Source: Klebsormidium nitens (taxonomy: Eukaryota; Plantae; Klebsormidiophyceae). Taken from it: a stretch of 44,001 nt of DNA. How positions within the stretch are numbered: the first letter of the stretch is position 1; each line of letters opens with the position of its first letter. The translations under genes were made by a program, and so were the position numbers. Where the stretch lies: positions 4,963 through 48,963 of the forward strand of contig DF237594.1 of assembly GCA_000708835.1 (NCBI GenBank), given 5' to 3'. This document shows, in pieces, positions 9,802-23,600 of this stretch. The notes under the pieces were generated by a model. The model saw only the letters and a list, made by a program, of their open reading frames with translations, did no database searches and was not told the DNA's origin.

Positions 9802-12590
9802 CTAGCAACCGGCATGAGATCCGTTGGTTGCGGGCGCGATCCCGCAGTTTGGAAGGCAGATCCCGTTAAACCCGGGCTTCTTGTAGCTCACTCCGCCGCA
9901 CCCGCCGCCGCAGTTGTAGCGGAAGGGGCAGTCGGCGTCGGTGTTGCAGGCCATGCAGGCGGCGCACTGGACGTTCGCCTGACAGCTGTTACCGGTGGAA
10001 ATGCTGGTGCTGCCGCCCACGTACTCGGCGCAAACGCAGTTGGAGCTACCGGGGCCGAACGGGGTCGGGATGTTGGCGCACTCGTTGCCGGCCGGGTAGA
10101 CACACCCCATGACTGCGCAACAAGAAGGAGAGGCACGTCAGGACTTTCTGCTAAGCCGCCCTTTCGGCCAAATCGGGGGCACTAGCGCTATTAATCGATC
10201 GAGGTGACTTTTTGAGTTGAGGAACCGTAAAGAGACGTTGCCTTCCCCCACACGTCCACTCTTGATTATCGAGTTGCCGCGTCTTCTCTCAGTTTCCTGA
10301 AACTTTGGGTGCAAAAGAGGAGAAGTCCTGACGACCACAATATTCAGCTTTTGGGTCTTGTAGCAGAGAACGAAAGGCTCAGCTCGTCTCAAACGAGTCA
10401 CTCGATCGAAGGTTGCGCACAAATAGAGTGGCGTATCCAGAGGACAAAGAAGCTTCTAACCTTCGACTTCTCCTAGTTTCCAAGGCAGAGCCCTTTTCAG
10501 ACGCTTTCAAATGGGCGCTGGACCACGAGCGGATTAGGCTTTAGAGCTTTTATTTCTGCTGTGGTTAGAAGGCCCCGCTGAAGGAGACGGCCGAACATTT
10601 TACCCAGGAGCTGGTAACTTAAACGTCCAAAACGGACAACTCCAAGTTAAGCACAGACTTTGAGAAGATTCTGACTCTGAAAACGACTTACCGGTCTTCT
10701 TGTAGGAGGCGGTCCTGGCGTTCGACGTCTTGCCGGTCTGAACGCTCTTGAGGTAGCAGCAGTTGTTGTCGGCGTAATGCGCGATACCGACGCACGCGAG
10801 CGTGTTGTCGCAGCGCGCGATACAAGCACTGACGCTCTCCTGAGTTGCGCTGTTGCCGCACAGGCCAATGTTTTTGGGGCCTGCTGTGGCGGTGATGTCG
10901 TTGTTCGGGTAATCCTGCACCGTAGGTAAAGTGAGTTTTAGCCAACGCTGCACCTGAATTGGCGTCGAGTCTTGATTCACAAGGAAAAGAGGCTCTACCC
11001 TGAGTTTTCTCTTGCAGCTTAGCAACGAGAGAAATGGGTGCTGATAGAAAGTGGATCCGAGATGAGATCGACAAGGGACAGGATTACATGCTTGTCCCCC
11101 GAAAAGAAGAAAGCAAGAACTGGGTTTTAGAAAGGCCGGAGCCAAGCCCTGACTTGAAGGATGCTTTTCTGAAAATGACAGTCGTTTGCAAAGCGGCAAC
11201 CAGCAGAGTTGCTTTTCAAGAGCATCTAAAGTCCGATCCTGAATTCAAAGAAACTTCACGAGAGTAGTATCAACATGGCCACTGGCACTCACCGCCCCGT
11301 ATTCGACGATGTATCCGGGGTAGCCTGCACGACTACGGACGAGGGAATCAGACGAGAGTCCTCAAACTATATATACGGCCGCAATCTGCTGATTGCAGAT
11401 TCTGTCAATCAGCAGTCTGCATGTCCAACTCCACGTCACATATGGCAGCTTCGAGTACAAAGAATGGTATGACTCGAATTTACTGTCCTGAGCAGCTCGC
11501 CTTCGAAAAGTCACGCAGCCCGCCTCCTGATATCAGTAAATTGCATGAATTTCATTACTGGGCAATCAGTCCAAAGTTGGTCAATGACCATATCGATACG
11601 CAGCGCATACAAGAGACTCTTGAGTTCTGCAGCAAGCTCGGAGCTCACCTGTCTTTAGATGGGTGACGGTCCGTGCGTTGGCAGTGGGGTTCACCAGCTT
11701 GCTCTTGATGTAGCAGCAGTTGAGGTCAGCATAATGGACGTACCCCGCGCACGCGGCGGCCGCGTTGCAGCGCGCCTCGCAGGACGTGGCGTTCTCGCCA
11801 TACGCGATGGAGCCGCACGCGCTCGGAGCTGCGGGGCCAGCCGAGGGGTGGATGTCGTTGTACGGGTAGTCCTGCGCGAGCACACAAGAGAGAAAGTTAC
11901 TGACGGGGATGAGCTGATACTTGACTCTTCTGGAGCTCTGACTAAGACACGGCGTATCCCCCAACTCCAAGCAGCTATTCAGCGGCAATAGAGAGGACTG
12001 CCAGAGCATCTCTCGTTCGCATGGAAGAATTTCTGGATTGTCACCATGTCAAGCAGACTCCCGGGAGCATAAGTTGGGTGTCGCAATGCTGGCCCGGGGG
12101 TCAGAAGCTATCTATATGCTCAACTGTGCTTTCAAAGCAACGGCTTAGCGATCAGCAGCATATGAAGGACCTGATCAGACTTCCCGCAAAGATCGAATGA
12201 TGGACGCAACCACATGAGCAAATTATCAACCTAGACACGGGGAGCTGGTGCTAGCAAACCTTTTCCATAAGTGAACACTTTAGCAGCTCCCGATCCAGCT
12301 CAGGCATGACCTGATCCACTGAAGCTTGGAACCCAGAACTTCCTAAGCCAACCTGGACACTAGGGGTCTCACACTATCTGGCTGCCCCACTAGCTTGTCC
12401 AGTCAGCAATAGAACCACCTTGCACTCCACCAAGGTGCGGCTGATGTGTACTCACCGTGCCTGACTGCACCGTGTACGTGTACGGTTGTGCGGCGACCTG
12501 GCTGAGCATCATCGCTGGGAGGAGGAGGAAGGCCAGGATTCCGCCAGCGGCTGCGGAAGCACTCCGAACGGAAGGAGCTGTGGGCGCCGT
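9802..12590 (-). CDS. Secreted protein with two PAN/Apple domains and a Cys-rich C-terminal domain
   Basis: Five phase-consistent exons: 12590-12456 (signal-peptide-like GILAFLLLPAMMLSQVAAQ), 11871-11649 (DYPYNDI...CEARCNAAAACAGYVHY...CCYIKS), 11324-11293 (GYPGYIVEYGA), 10914-10692 (DYPNNDI...CIARCDNTLACVGIAHY...CCYLKS) and 10112-9802 (Cys-rich, TAG stop). All introns are GT-AG. The start codon is uncertain (ACG at 12590 or ATG further in). Confidence 0.85.
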
Positions 12591-12776
12591 GATGCTGGTG
12601 ATCTGCGCAGGCTGGCTTGAGGTTGAGAAGCTGAGGATTGGTACCGAGCTGCTGGAAGACTGGAAGATTGGACCCAGGACTGGCGACTGGGGCTTTGAGA
12701 GCTGCGGGAAGGAGGGGCGGTGCCAAATGGGAATGGAAAAGTGTGGGAATGAAGAAGCTGAGGATTGGGGGCTGCA

Positions 12777-12783
12777 ATTTATA
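12777..12783 (-). promoter_or_regulatory. TATA box (TATAAAT) of the PAN-domain gene
   Basis: Minus-strand CCTATAAATTGC ~190 nt upstream of the inferred start. Confidence 0.5.
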
Positions 12784-14517
12784 GGGCTAGCGAGGGGCTA
12801 GCAAGTGAGCAGTGAGCTGGACATGAGGGTTCCACTAGCAGCTCCCCGTCCTTACTACACAGTCTGCATGCAACCAGGCACTTATGGCAGGTTTTACAGG
12901 GGGTGATCAGAAGGCAATTAATGGAACTCACACTCAACTAGCTAGCTCCGCCTGGCCAGCTGGCTGGACATCGGTACCTCACTAGAAGTTGGAGGGAATT
13001 CGAAAAGTTCCTGCAAAATCGAGTGCCTTTCGGCAACCTTAACTTAAAGGACAGTGGGAGAGAAACCCGGCAAAGGTGCCCATGTGTCATGATGCACAGT
13101 AAAGGCTTGCGAGAGAGCGAGTGCCAGAGTGCGTTAGTGGTCTCATGTTAGTAAATGCATGCGGCAACCGCCGCCTCTGAGGCCAGTTAGGTGAACCGGG
13201 CCGGCAGCTGCCGGCCTGCCAGGAGCACTAATTGCGCGTCATTAATGCTCATAATGCATCACTCCGGACGGAGGTACTGCCCGGGAAAAGAACCTGACTT
13301 ATATGATCTTAGGCCGTAGGAAATCATGCATGGGAGTCAATAACGTCAAGCCCGGGGAACGAAGAAGGTTTCTATATCCTTTAAGGGACCTGGTTAGTGA
13401 CGAATTCGCCGCCATTCACTGTGGTTCAGGTATCTGGGTTAGGCTTGACCATTTGTCTTTGACCGGTAAAACGACTTTGTTCAACACCGTGGACCTTCCT
13501 GAATAGAATCGATTTTCCCCGGCCATGAGTATGGTATTCAATTAGTGCTCAGCCCGGTAGGTACTCCGGTAGATAGTACGCATTGCTGGTCCTCAGGCAA
13601 CCGCTGAGCGGTTGCACAGCTCGGTGCCTGGGTGCCAGAAGTAGACTTCTATATATACGTGACTGGGTTCGCAATCAGCTAGTCAGCTGGATTGCTAGCT
13701 GTAGCTGGTACTAGGCTGAGAGGGGGCTAAAGTGAGCTGTGTCTCAAGCTAGTCTATAGCCAATCACAGTTCTCCGACTTGTGGTGTAAGCCTGGCCCCT
13801 TTTCAACAACTCGCCGGGCACGAAAGTTGGGTGTTTACGCGCTTAGCAGTCCGCAGTGCGCAACAAACCAACCCTTCCTAACCACCGGGCTAACCCCACT
13901 AATCATACCCCGGGCGTTTCTACTCTCTCATTTAAAGCACTGAATCATTAGGCTGTTACCAAGGGCACCCATACGTTACAGGTTGCAAGCAAGTTGCTGT
14001 GCTTTGCATGAGTCACGTGATGAGAACCAGATGCACAGGCCATGCTGCAAGACGTTGCCACACATCACGTGACGCATTAACTACAGTACTTGAGCTGATG
14101 AGCTGTCAACTGCACGCTGCGCGGCGGCCGTGTTACTCTCTCGATTAGAAGCATACTTCAGACAGCTGACTCGACTTTACATATCAGCTCCGCGGGAACT
14201 AAAAACCACACATCTTTCTGGTTCTATTAGGGGAGTATACTTACTGATTCTCAATTTCTTGTCCCTTGGTTATCAGCTGAAAGCTAGATACCACCAACCT
14301 CACAATAGTGCCATGACGTAATTCAAACCTAGGCAAGTCAGGCACTATGGTGCTCAGCTGCGCTCAGCTGGGCTGTTCGCTCAGCTCAGCCGGGCTGCCC
14401 GCGGTCGCCCCAGGAGTCGAAGAAGGCACTGCGCGCTCGCGGCCGTGTTCATATTACTTAATTGCAAGCAGCATCAGGAGGGCGCGGCCTTAGCACTCCG
14501 CACCCAGTTCGCATACA

Positions 14518-14611
14518 CATAACAGCATCATAGCATAACAGCATAAGAGCTTAAGAGCATAAGGGCATAAGAGCATGAGCGGTACTGTAAGAGCGTAAGC
14601 GCATAAGCATC
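14518..14611. repeat. Degenerate tandem 8-mer (GCATAAGA)n
   Basis: Several GCATAA(C/G)A-like units read directly. Confidence 0.75.
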
Positions 14612-16503
14612 TTATATCGTAGAGGTGCAATCATGGGCACCTGTCTTCTCGACGTCTTTTGTTGTATGCTGCGGTCACTTCGTGTGTTTGTGAGGCTATG
14701 TTTAAGGTTGCAAACAACGTCACTGAGTCAGACTCGTTGGGGGTGAATCCGGTATCGCCACAAATGTATCATATCAGGATGGCTTCCATCTTTGCCGCAT
14801 AATAACGAGCCGAACTAGTGAAGACGTCAAGCTAGTGTGACTCCAGCCGTAGATTAAAATGTTGCTGCGCCTTTAGCTTTGTTGAAGGGCTATGTGAACG
14901 ACGCTCAGCATGTCGACGGCCATGTGATCTTGTCCTGTCGGACTCGCCTCAGATTTGCATTCATGATTGCACCAACGAAAAACTCGCAGCTCGATCTACT
15001 TCTCCTTTCACACGTCTTGTTGCTTCGCTTACATTTTGACACCTGGACCGGACGTGGCCGATTCGGCTTCTTAGACACTAGAAGCAGTTTCCTGCACCTG
15101 ATTCCATGCAATATTACAAGCGAGGAGGCATACGTTGACTTATACGCTGGCAGCCGCCTGTAAACACTGGAGTAAAGCGCCCCCCTTGGCAGTGCCATTG
15201 TAACGCTGGCAGCATTGCGACTACCGTAGCAACTACTAAGGTCAATGGAGTAAGGTTGTGGGCTTGGCGATGGTAAAGCTGTCTTTCTGGGGCAGGATCA
15301 GACTCGGCAAGCGCCGTGTAAGGCTGTGCCGGACCTATCATGCTCAGGCCGGGTTCAAACAGAAGCGGCCGCCTCAAAGCCGCGAAGCTGGCTAAAGAAT
15401 CATTGCAGTTGCTCGTCAATTCGCTGTGTTGGCAGATCCTGGTAACTCAATCTGTGCTCCAGTGAAGCGAGCTGGCCTAAGCCCGCGAAAATCGAGTATT
15501 CGCAGCCGGGCCTGCGGCGCTTGTAATGCACCCTTTTTTCACAGTCTTTCGTTTATGAATTATTGTTCTCCTAATGCGTCAAAATCCCCTTTCAGAACAA
15601 CTGCTTCAGCTAGGCTCTCGACTCTCAAAGATGTCTCTCGACAGTTGTTTAGCAATCCACTGCTCTGTACACGCACGTTGGAACGTGCTCTCTATACCAT
15701 ACTCAGCTTGTCTACTGTTACTTCGGTGGCTTTCCCTGACCCCACGTTTGACGCGCGATGGTTGCCAGAACCCGTTCCGAGGCCCCTGTCCAACGGCGTA
15801 TCTCCGAAGCACGCATGGACATACTCTAACAACCGGTTTAGAGTATCCGGGTCTACAGTCCCGTACTGCAGAAAGAAAGATATGGTGTTTAGTAGGAAGG
15901 GAAAAAAAGTTAGTAACTGCCCAAAGAGGTGAAGGGGAGGGAGAAGTGTAGGGAAGCGATTGCCACCGTAGTTTCTGTAGATTCAGATTACCACCAGCGC
16001 TTAGAAGCTGCTGGCTACGTCGCAGGAATGGTTCTCAACAGCAGTGGTGTGCTTAATATCAGTGTGAACCACCCCCCAGTTCTAGTAATCGTTCTATCAA
16101 GCTTTTTTCAGAGAAACTGGTCATTATAGCATGCGTTAGTTTCTTCTACGCAGCTTCTGACTTGAACATATAAGAACATTCGCTTTCCACGCAGCTTTAT
16201 GGCTTACTAGAACAGTGGGGTGGGCATATTGTGTATCAAGCATTAGCACCAGCCTTGCTACTTAGCCTCCAGCCTCTCAGAGCCCAGCCGTTTCTTGCGA
16301 GGCCTACGACGGCCAGGGGCCAAAGGTTAACGAAACCCACATTTATCCAAGTTCAAAACAGAAATTGATTTGGCTCTTCTTCATCCTTTCGACAAGTCTC
16401 TAGTTAGGATCATTCACCTGCTCCTCCAGGCACCGGGTCAAGATTGCTCTCATCTGAGACTGCGGCACATCCACCCCGTCCACAAATAACACGTTATCTC
16501 GCC

Positions 16504-17671
16504 AGGTGTACTTGCTCGACGGCTTATCTGAAGACGAGAAGGGAAAGGCCGTGAGAACGCTACCGTCTGATGTGAATCAGGAACGTTCCTGGTCCAAGGA
16601 TTGATAGATTTTCTTCGCTTCGCAAGTCTGCACTGTCTATCAGATTGTAATGCATCCTGTTTTTATATGTTTGCTTTACTTCAAATGCAATCCTGGATTT
16701 GTCTTTTTCACATCCACCTCCGAAAAAGAGATGGAAAGCGAGCACAAAGGTATCTGATAATTTGGAGCTTCTTTGCAAGAAACTGGGGGCAAAAAAGACA
16801 AGCAGATTCCCAGTATTAAAAAGACATAATTCAGATTCTACCCATCTTGTTTTCGACTTCAAACCAGAGCGCGACTCATAAATTGCGGCGCGGCTCGACC
16901 CTGAGGTGCAGATGACACACAGAAATGCCTGGCGCTTTTCTCAGGCCCCCAACCAACTTCGTAGCACGAATACAAACTGAGTCTAAGTCCCACGTGGCGG
17001 GCTGCGCGGGCCGTCGCTGGCATATCCACACAGGTCAAAACCTTTGAAGGCTGTGATGGCCAAAGAGTGCTCGGGCTTTGAACGAATGTCGCTCGAAGAA
17101 GGACGAGGTTCTGCAGAACTTGAACTCAGAGCTAAAAATACATTTTGGCCCACCTTGAACGACTGCCTTCGGCTTCGCTTTCCCGCCACTACCACTGCCG
17201 GCGGAGCCGCGGTGTTGAGTGTGTTTATGCTGCATATTGGCACCCAAAGGATTTGAGTCCCGCTAGGTCTTGATAAAGTGCAAAGGCGTTTTTCGATCAT
17301 GAGCCCTCCTCGTTGACAGAGCCGTTTAGCAAGCCACCATGCGGTAGTGTAATAGTACAGACTGTATCTCAGAACGGGTACGGTGGGAGGCAATACGAAT
17401 ACTCGAGAAAGCGTCGGACATTCGGCCTGAGGCTCACGTGCATATGCTTCTCTTTGTAGGTGCCCACGATAGCTTGCAATGTCCGCACGCTGCCCAAATG
17501 CCTCCAATGACGTACGAGCCATCTGAACTCGACGCGCCAGTCCAGGCTCTGCTTCTCTTGGAGCGCAATTTCGTCTTTGATCACCTGTGGTGGAAAAAGC
17601 CCACTGAGTTTCAGGATCCGACGATTCTGACGCCGTCTCGGGCGTACGACCAATCATTACAGCCAGGATGA
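16504..17671 (+). other. Possible exons of an unidentified or decayed plus-strand gene
   Basis: Splice-bounded protein-like segments: cag|VYLLDGLSEDEKGKA|gtgag at ~16504-16549, and tag|...PSELDAPVQALLLLERNFVFDHLWWKKPTEF...* at ~17459-17671. No family recognised; exon chain not closed. Confidence 0.2.
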
Positions 17672-20600
17672 GCTTTGAAGCTGACACGTCAGCCGCTCAC
17701 TTAGCGCCGAAAGATCTCGTAGCTGGATTTTGAATTGACCCAACGTGTCGATCATGTTGCCAAAGCTTGAAGTGGATCCTTCAATATTTAACAAAAACAT
17801 CTCGTCAGGATAGGGATGAAATTCGAAGTCACGGTCAGACGATAAAGCTGGATCGAAGTAATTTTTGAGTAACGGGAGGGCTGGAGACAAAAGGTGCTGA
17901 AGTGGACTTCCGTGTGACTAGCCTGACTCGGATTTGGCAGATACTAGAAATCGCTTCTCGAGCAGGCAGACGAAGTTGCTCAGAAGACAATCTTTTCGGT
18001 TACGCGACGCTTGGCAGGAACGTCAATCGTATAGAGGGATCCCCGCAATCAGTCTTTAGAACGGGATGGTTCTAAAACCCTTGGATCACGTGGCTGTGAG
18101 GACCAGAAGCGGAACCTGATCATTTGCTGAGCGACGCACAAAAGGCTTACTGTCCGTTTCACGACTTAAATCAGCAACCGAAGGCGTCGTTCCTTCCCAC
18201 GGAGACAAAACTTATTCACTATTTTAACCTACGATCTTTTATGGACCAATAAAGAGCTAGTAGGCAACGGGCATCATAGGCTCACCCCGAACACGTCAAC
18301 AACGATGGCGACCAGGAACTGAAGGATGATGAATTGCGCCAGGATGTTATAGGTCCAGAAATAGATCCGCGAAGGGATCTTATCCCACATCGTCGTGGAT
18401 GCGTCAAGCAAGGCCTGATTGATCTGCAAGGAGGGGCAACACAGGTCCGAGTTTCTATGCCTATCAGTATCAGAAGACCCGGTGTGCACATCTCGTCATG
18501 CGGGTTCAAGTGGGCGCTTGCAGCGCCTGAAAGTGACAGAGACGGATTTCCAGAACATCAGATAACACTTGTAGAGGAGAGAGATCGATGCAAAAGCAGA
18601 CTGCCGCGCTAGTCAGAAGAATCAAGGACACATGCTTTCTGCAATCTTTTACTCTGATCAGTTCAGGTCAGACAAATCAGTCACAACCGTACAGAAATGT
18701 TTCTTTTCGGTTGCTGAAGTGCGTGCGGTGTATTCCGAGATTAAAAACACCTCTGGTACAAACGCTAGCGGCTCACCGAAGTGTCTCCAAGAGACATGAC
18801 GATGCACTGGTTGAGCGCCAGACTGAAGGTCGACAGCTCATAGACCGTCGTCCCAAAGATGAGCTGGCCCATTGAAGAGTAGATGAAGACAAAGATGGTC
18901 CAGACGACGAAGAACGCCGCCAAATTGGGCACCGCCGCGTGGAGGGTGCGCGTGACCATTCCCAAGCGGGGGTGGAAGTGCATGTGGTCCAGAATGCGCA
19001 GGAAGACGAGGAGCATGCTGTGGGGGGAGCAAAGGACTTCGAATCAAACTTATGATTTTTGATTACTTGAAGCCTTCGCTACATTAAGCCTTTGATTTTC
19101 TTGATGAAGGTTGGGTTTGCGAGACGTAGCTTCAAGCCGTTGTGCGCCTAGGGCAAAATACATAATCTGAAGAGTTAGTACAAGGAATGGTAGTTGATCG
19201 AAAGTGACTTATCATTGAAAGGAAACCGTTCGTCTAATGTATAGACTTGCTCTGCGCTTTTCGTCGACCTTCCGGGTGAAGAAGGGAGGCTCGATGCACG
19301 GGGGATCGAGGAGGTGGGCCATTCGCCCGCCCAAAGTACGGTGACCAGTTTCTATGACTCTCTTCTTCAGCATCTGTGGTCGGAAAAACGTGGACGCGTT
19401 GATAGTGAAGCCCTGATAAGCTAAGGCCATGCACAGGTCTTGCAACCACACCAGAAACTTCGTCGCTGGCAGTGATCTGAACGAGTGTGCTTCCAGATAG
19501 GCAGAAATGCTGCACGAAGGTGGGCACTGGAAAATTGAAACAAGGGCGCTGAGAGGGGCTCTGAGACTGTCGGTCCGGACAAGCAAGGCGACCACGGACA
19601 AGAATTGCGGACAGTCGGAACGATGCCCCTGCCCAAGTGACAAAAGACACGCGCCCAACGGCAGACAATCTTTCCCAAAACCCGAAGGCTGAAGTGGGCT
19701 CCAGAGAAAGATTGACCAGAGTTACGGCCTTCCAAGAAAGTTTCGACTGCTTTAGAGTACTGCTTGGTAGTACGTACAGCGGTGCCTGCTTTGAGTGTCT
19801 GCACACTCAGATGTTGGTCGTACACCTTAAGCCCAATTGTGCATTTGCTGCAAGTAAGTACCTAGCAAGTCCTTGCGAAACTTTGCAGCAGACTGGATCA
19901 GCCAGAAAACATCCGTTTCTCCAGGAAAACCGCGAGTCTTCTCCGTCAGTGCATCATCTAGACCAACGGAGAATGCACAGGGGCGCACTCCGGCTCCTCC
20001 GAGTGTGTTCTGAACGGTTGCCTGGCTAGCGCCAGAGCACGATCAAAGCACCACGGAATAATTTCAAGTCACAAGCACTGCGAATCTGACAACACTTACT
20101 TGATCCCCGTCAGCGTGATGTAAGCCTTGTTGATCACGACCATATCCCAGTCGCGATCGAACTCCTGATTCATCAGCAGCGCAGGAGCAAGGTCCCCCTC
20201 GACCAAGCGGGTGTATCTGGCGGGCGCGTTCAGGTCTTCATAAACGTTGTACCGGCTCTTGGGCTTCAGGTTGCTGACCTGAATCTCTTTTGCAATCCTG
20301 GAGAAACAAAGTCTCAAAGTCTGAGTGAGCTTGAAGCTGCACATGGCAAATATTGGCCGAACGTTCAGCTGACTCTTTCCAAGGATAACCCTGCAAAAGT
20401 TCGTCGGTCAGCTCGCTGGTCTGCAGGCTGAAGCGTTTTCTGTCAAGTAATCTGCTCGGTGGGTGATAAAGCTCATTTTTCCGTCTCGGTGAAAGACTTT
20501 CGACCATATATTCTGCTTGCTTGACTCGTGGGACTAATGAAGTCGTGATCATGGGGGTTCAGATTAAACGTTGCTGACGTCTTCTGGAGCCGATTTACTT

Positions 20601-23600
20601 CCACAGGGGAACTGGTCGATAAATCAAGCAGGTTAACGTTGTGCCCATGTTACTCCAAATTTCGCAGCGTAAGCTGGAGGGTAACCTAGGGTTTTGAGTT
20701 TGACCAGAGTGATCGTATTGGAACTGGAGTATAAGTTGTTCTGGCATGACCTGAATCCATGAATCAGTTGATTGAAATCGAAAGATTCATGTCAGTGGGC
20801 AACCGATTATTAGTGGGTTGCAGGACAAACAAGACACGTTTTAGCACGTACGTACTAGCGTAGATTTGTACTACTATTGGGTCTTGGCCGGCAACTCTGC
20901 TTCTGTCATCGCAGAAGATTGCTGAATGCGCCCTTCTTGGGCAATGGGTGCCGTTCTCCGTGAATCACTGAATGTGGTTAATCGCCAAAATACCCTGTAG
21001 CGATGGTTTGCTTACCAGAGCCCTAGCATGATCATGAAGATGAGGTTGGACATCGTCCTGATCCACCGTTTCAAAGAGCGGTACGCCCGACCCAGCCGCC
21101 CTTGCCGAGCCAACGTTACTGCTTTCCGAAGGTCTAAGCCGAAAAGGAAAATGGCGCTCGCAAAAAACAAAGCCTGGACGAACCAACCCCCTGCAAAAGC
21201 ACCGGCGGTTGGGCTCAATCTTGTTCAGATAGGCAGAGTTTTTGAAGGGCCTTGTTTTGATGAACTCTTAGTTAGCGTTGTAGCACACTAAGTTTTCAAA
21301 CGTCAACTGGCGATCATGCTACAGCATCTTGGCATAAAGACTACTTCAAGAAGGTTGTTCAACCCTCAGAAAAGTGAACAACCTTCTTCTAGCTGGTTTG
21401 CATGTTTCTTTGTGATCACTTCGATGACATAAGCTCACTCTACGGATCAGGAATCACCGATGAAAAACGGATACGCTTCTTGAGTCTCACCGATGCTGAA
21501 ATACGGTATTGAGAGTGACTCCACGCGTGGCGTGATCCTTAGGCTCCCGTCGAACTCAAACCGGACCTCAACTGACAGCAGGGAGAATATGGAGTAGATG
21601 CCTGTAAACAACGGAGCCAGACTGCGTTGGTGGCAGAGCGGCGGCGTTTGCTCTAGCAAGTAACGTAGCTCTTACAGCTCTTTCACTTGGTCATTTTCCA
21701 AGGGCAGGAAGATATGCATGCAGAAAATATGGGACGCAACGGTTTGGAATTACGGGACACGGGTCCGTAGGAGCAGATATCCGAAGTGAAGTGGGCTTCA
21801 AGGGGCCGCACGCAGTCGGGGGATTCCATAGAGAGGATGACGAATCCTGAGGTCAGAAACGAAGAGAGCAGGCAGAAAAAGCCTCCTAGTAAGCAAGACG
21901 AATGGAACAGTTGCTGAGGACACGGCGACTAACTGTTTTTAGCGTTATCTGTCACGTGGCTAAGTTGTCCGGATCTAGTTAACGGTGCCATGACTCACCG
22001 TTGTAGACTTTTACTTTGATTTTGATGTCGCTGGTTTGCCGATGGAAGAACTGGCTGTCGACCAGGTATTGCAACCAGTCTTGCGCCCGGTTTGCGCTAA
22101 GGTTCACATCGAAGAGGACGTAGAATCCTTTGGCCTGCGAGATCGATTGGGTTGAGTGCGGGGAAAAAGCAGCTCAAGCAGGAAAAGCGTCAATCCAAAC
22201 GGTAATCGTGAAACGCAGGCGGAAAAAGGTCACTTACCGGCCCTAGCTACATGCGATTAAATCACCAACTCAACCATATGCGTGACATATCTGGGCCGGA
22301 CAGAATCATAGTACCGCTAATACCGTGACTTTTGAGTCCTTTTGTGCCTTTCAGGGCCACTGGCGCCCCTACAGAACACCGTGCTTACAACGTTCGTCTT
22401 CCAACTGGCAACCTTTTCGCCGAGATGTTAACAACCACCCACCGTGCGATTGTAGAATGCGAAGGGGAGGCCGGTTACGTGCGAGATCTCCTCGGGCGCA
22501 TAAAAGTCACTCGCGTTGAGGGCTGGGTTGTACAAGGACGAAGTTGGAAGGAAGACGGGGTCCATGCCAAACGGACCGTCGAGATCGATGCTATAATGCT
22601 CGCACCATGGGTCAATCGAGCCGTACCTGAAGGAAGGGGTCGAGAAAAAGTTTCGGGATCAGACTGAGCGCTTCGCAAACGCGAGTAGAGCGATGCAGCA
22701 TGCGGAGAGCAAGATGGATGATCTATGACCGCATCAGGAATACCGAAACGAGGCTTGCATCTTCCTGATGTCAGACAGCAATCAATCACTTGCCCAAAAC
22801 TTTCAGCAGAGCGGTCCAAGCACCTAGCCGTGGACAAGATCGATCCGGCCAGACTAAGCGGGTCTCCTTTGAATAGTTTTGGGTCCGCATATAGTCGAAA
22901 TGCGTACGATCAAAGTGGAAGTAAAGCCAAAGACCCGTGTCACGTGCTAGCGCTCGCTCGGGCGCGCGCCCTTTGCCGCCGGCGTCGGCAGTGGCGTACA
23001 GGAATGAAGAGCGCTTATGTAAGCCTCCAGGATCCAAGTGAACTCAAGCAGGTGTTTGGGCCGGCAGCCTTTCAGGTCTCCGTGAGCACTGACAAGTGAT
23101 GCGTCCAAGGACCGGCCAGGCGAGAAAGGTGCTCAAGTCGTTTAAGAAGGGAAGAGCGGGAATAACTGGTTGAAAGGAATAATAGTGGGCACATGAGAAC
23201 GTCGTAAAGTCAGAGAAGAAGGTGAAGATGACAGTCTCGTGAGCCCCGCGGTGTACTTTTAATTGCGCTTACACATTGTCGGCCCCTCACTTGTCTGCGA
23301 ACTGGTGGTAGAAGAATTGGCCCGTCTTGTTGTAGATGTGCTGAAAGTCGCCGCACTGCTTGTGTGAGAATGCCTTCCGCTTTTGCCGGATGAGTAGGCC
23401 GGAAACCACGCTGCGGCAGAAACGTTTTGTCAGAGAGTGATTTGACAAAGATTTGACTCCGCAACAACTTGACGCTCACGAAGCGTACGACGACCCCGGT
23501 CGACAAGACTCGGAAAACTGTCGACTAACAGAATTCTGGTTTTAGTACTTATTCTCGATCGCCGTATGCTAGTCAAGCCAGCATGAGTAGGCACTGGGTC

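Noticed and set aside
13000-13302. RNase P-like motifs (GAAAAGTTCC ... AGAACCTGACTTAT) and a cobalamin-riboswitch-like stretch
   Set aside because: The two putative P4 strands are not complementary, and riboswitch core elements are incomplete.
22332-22667. 111-aa plus-strand ORF that looks protein-like
   Set aside because: Antisense shadow of the PKD exon 22626-22443.
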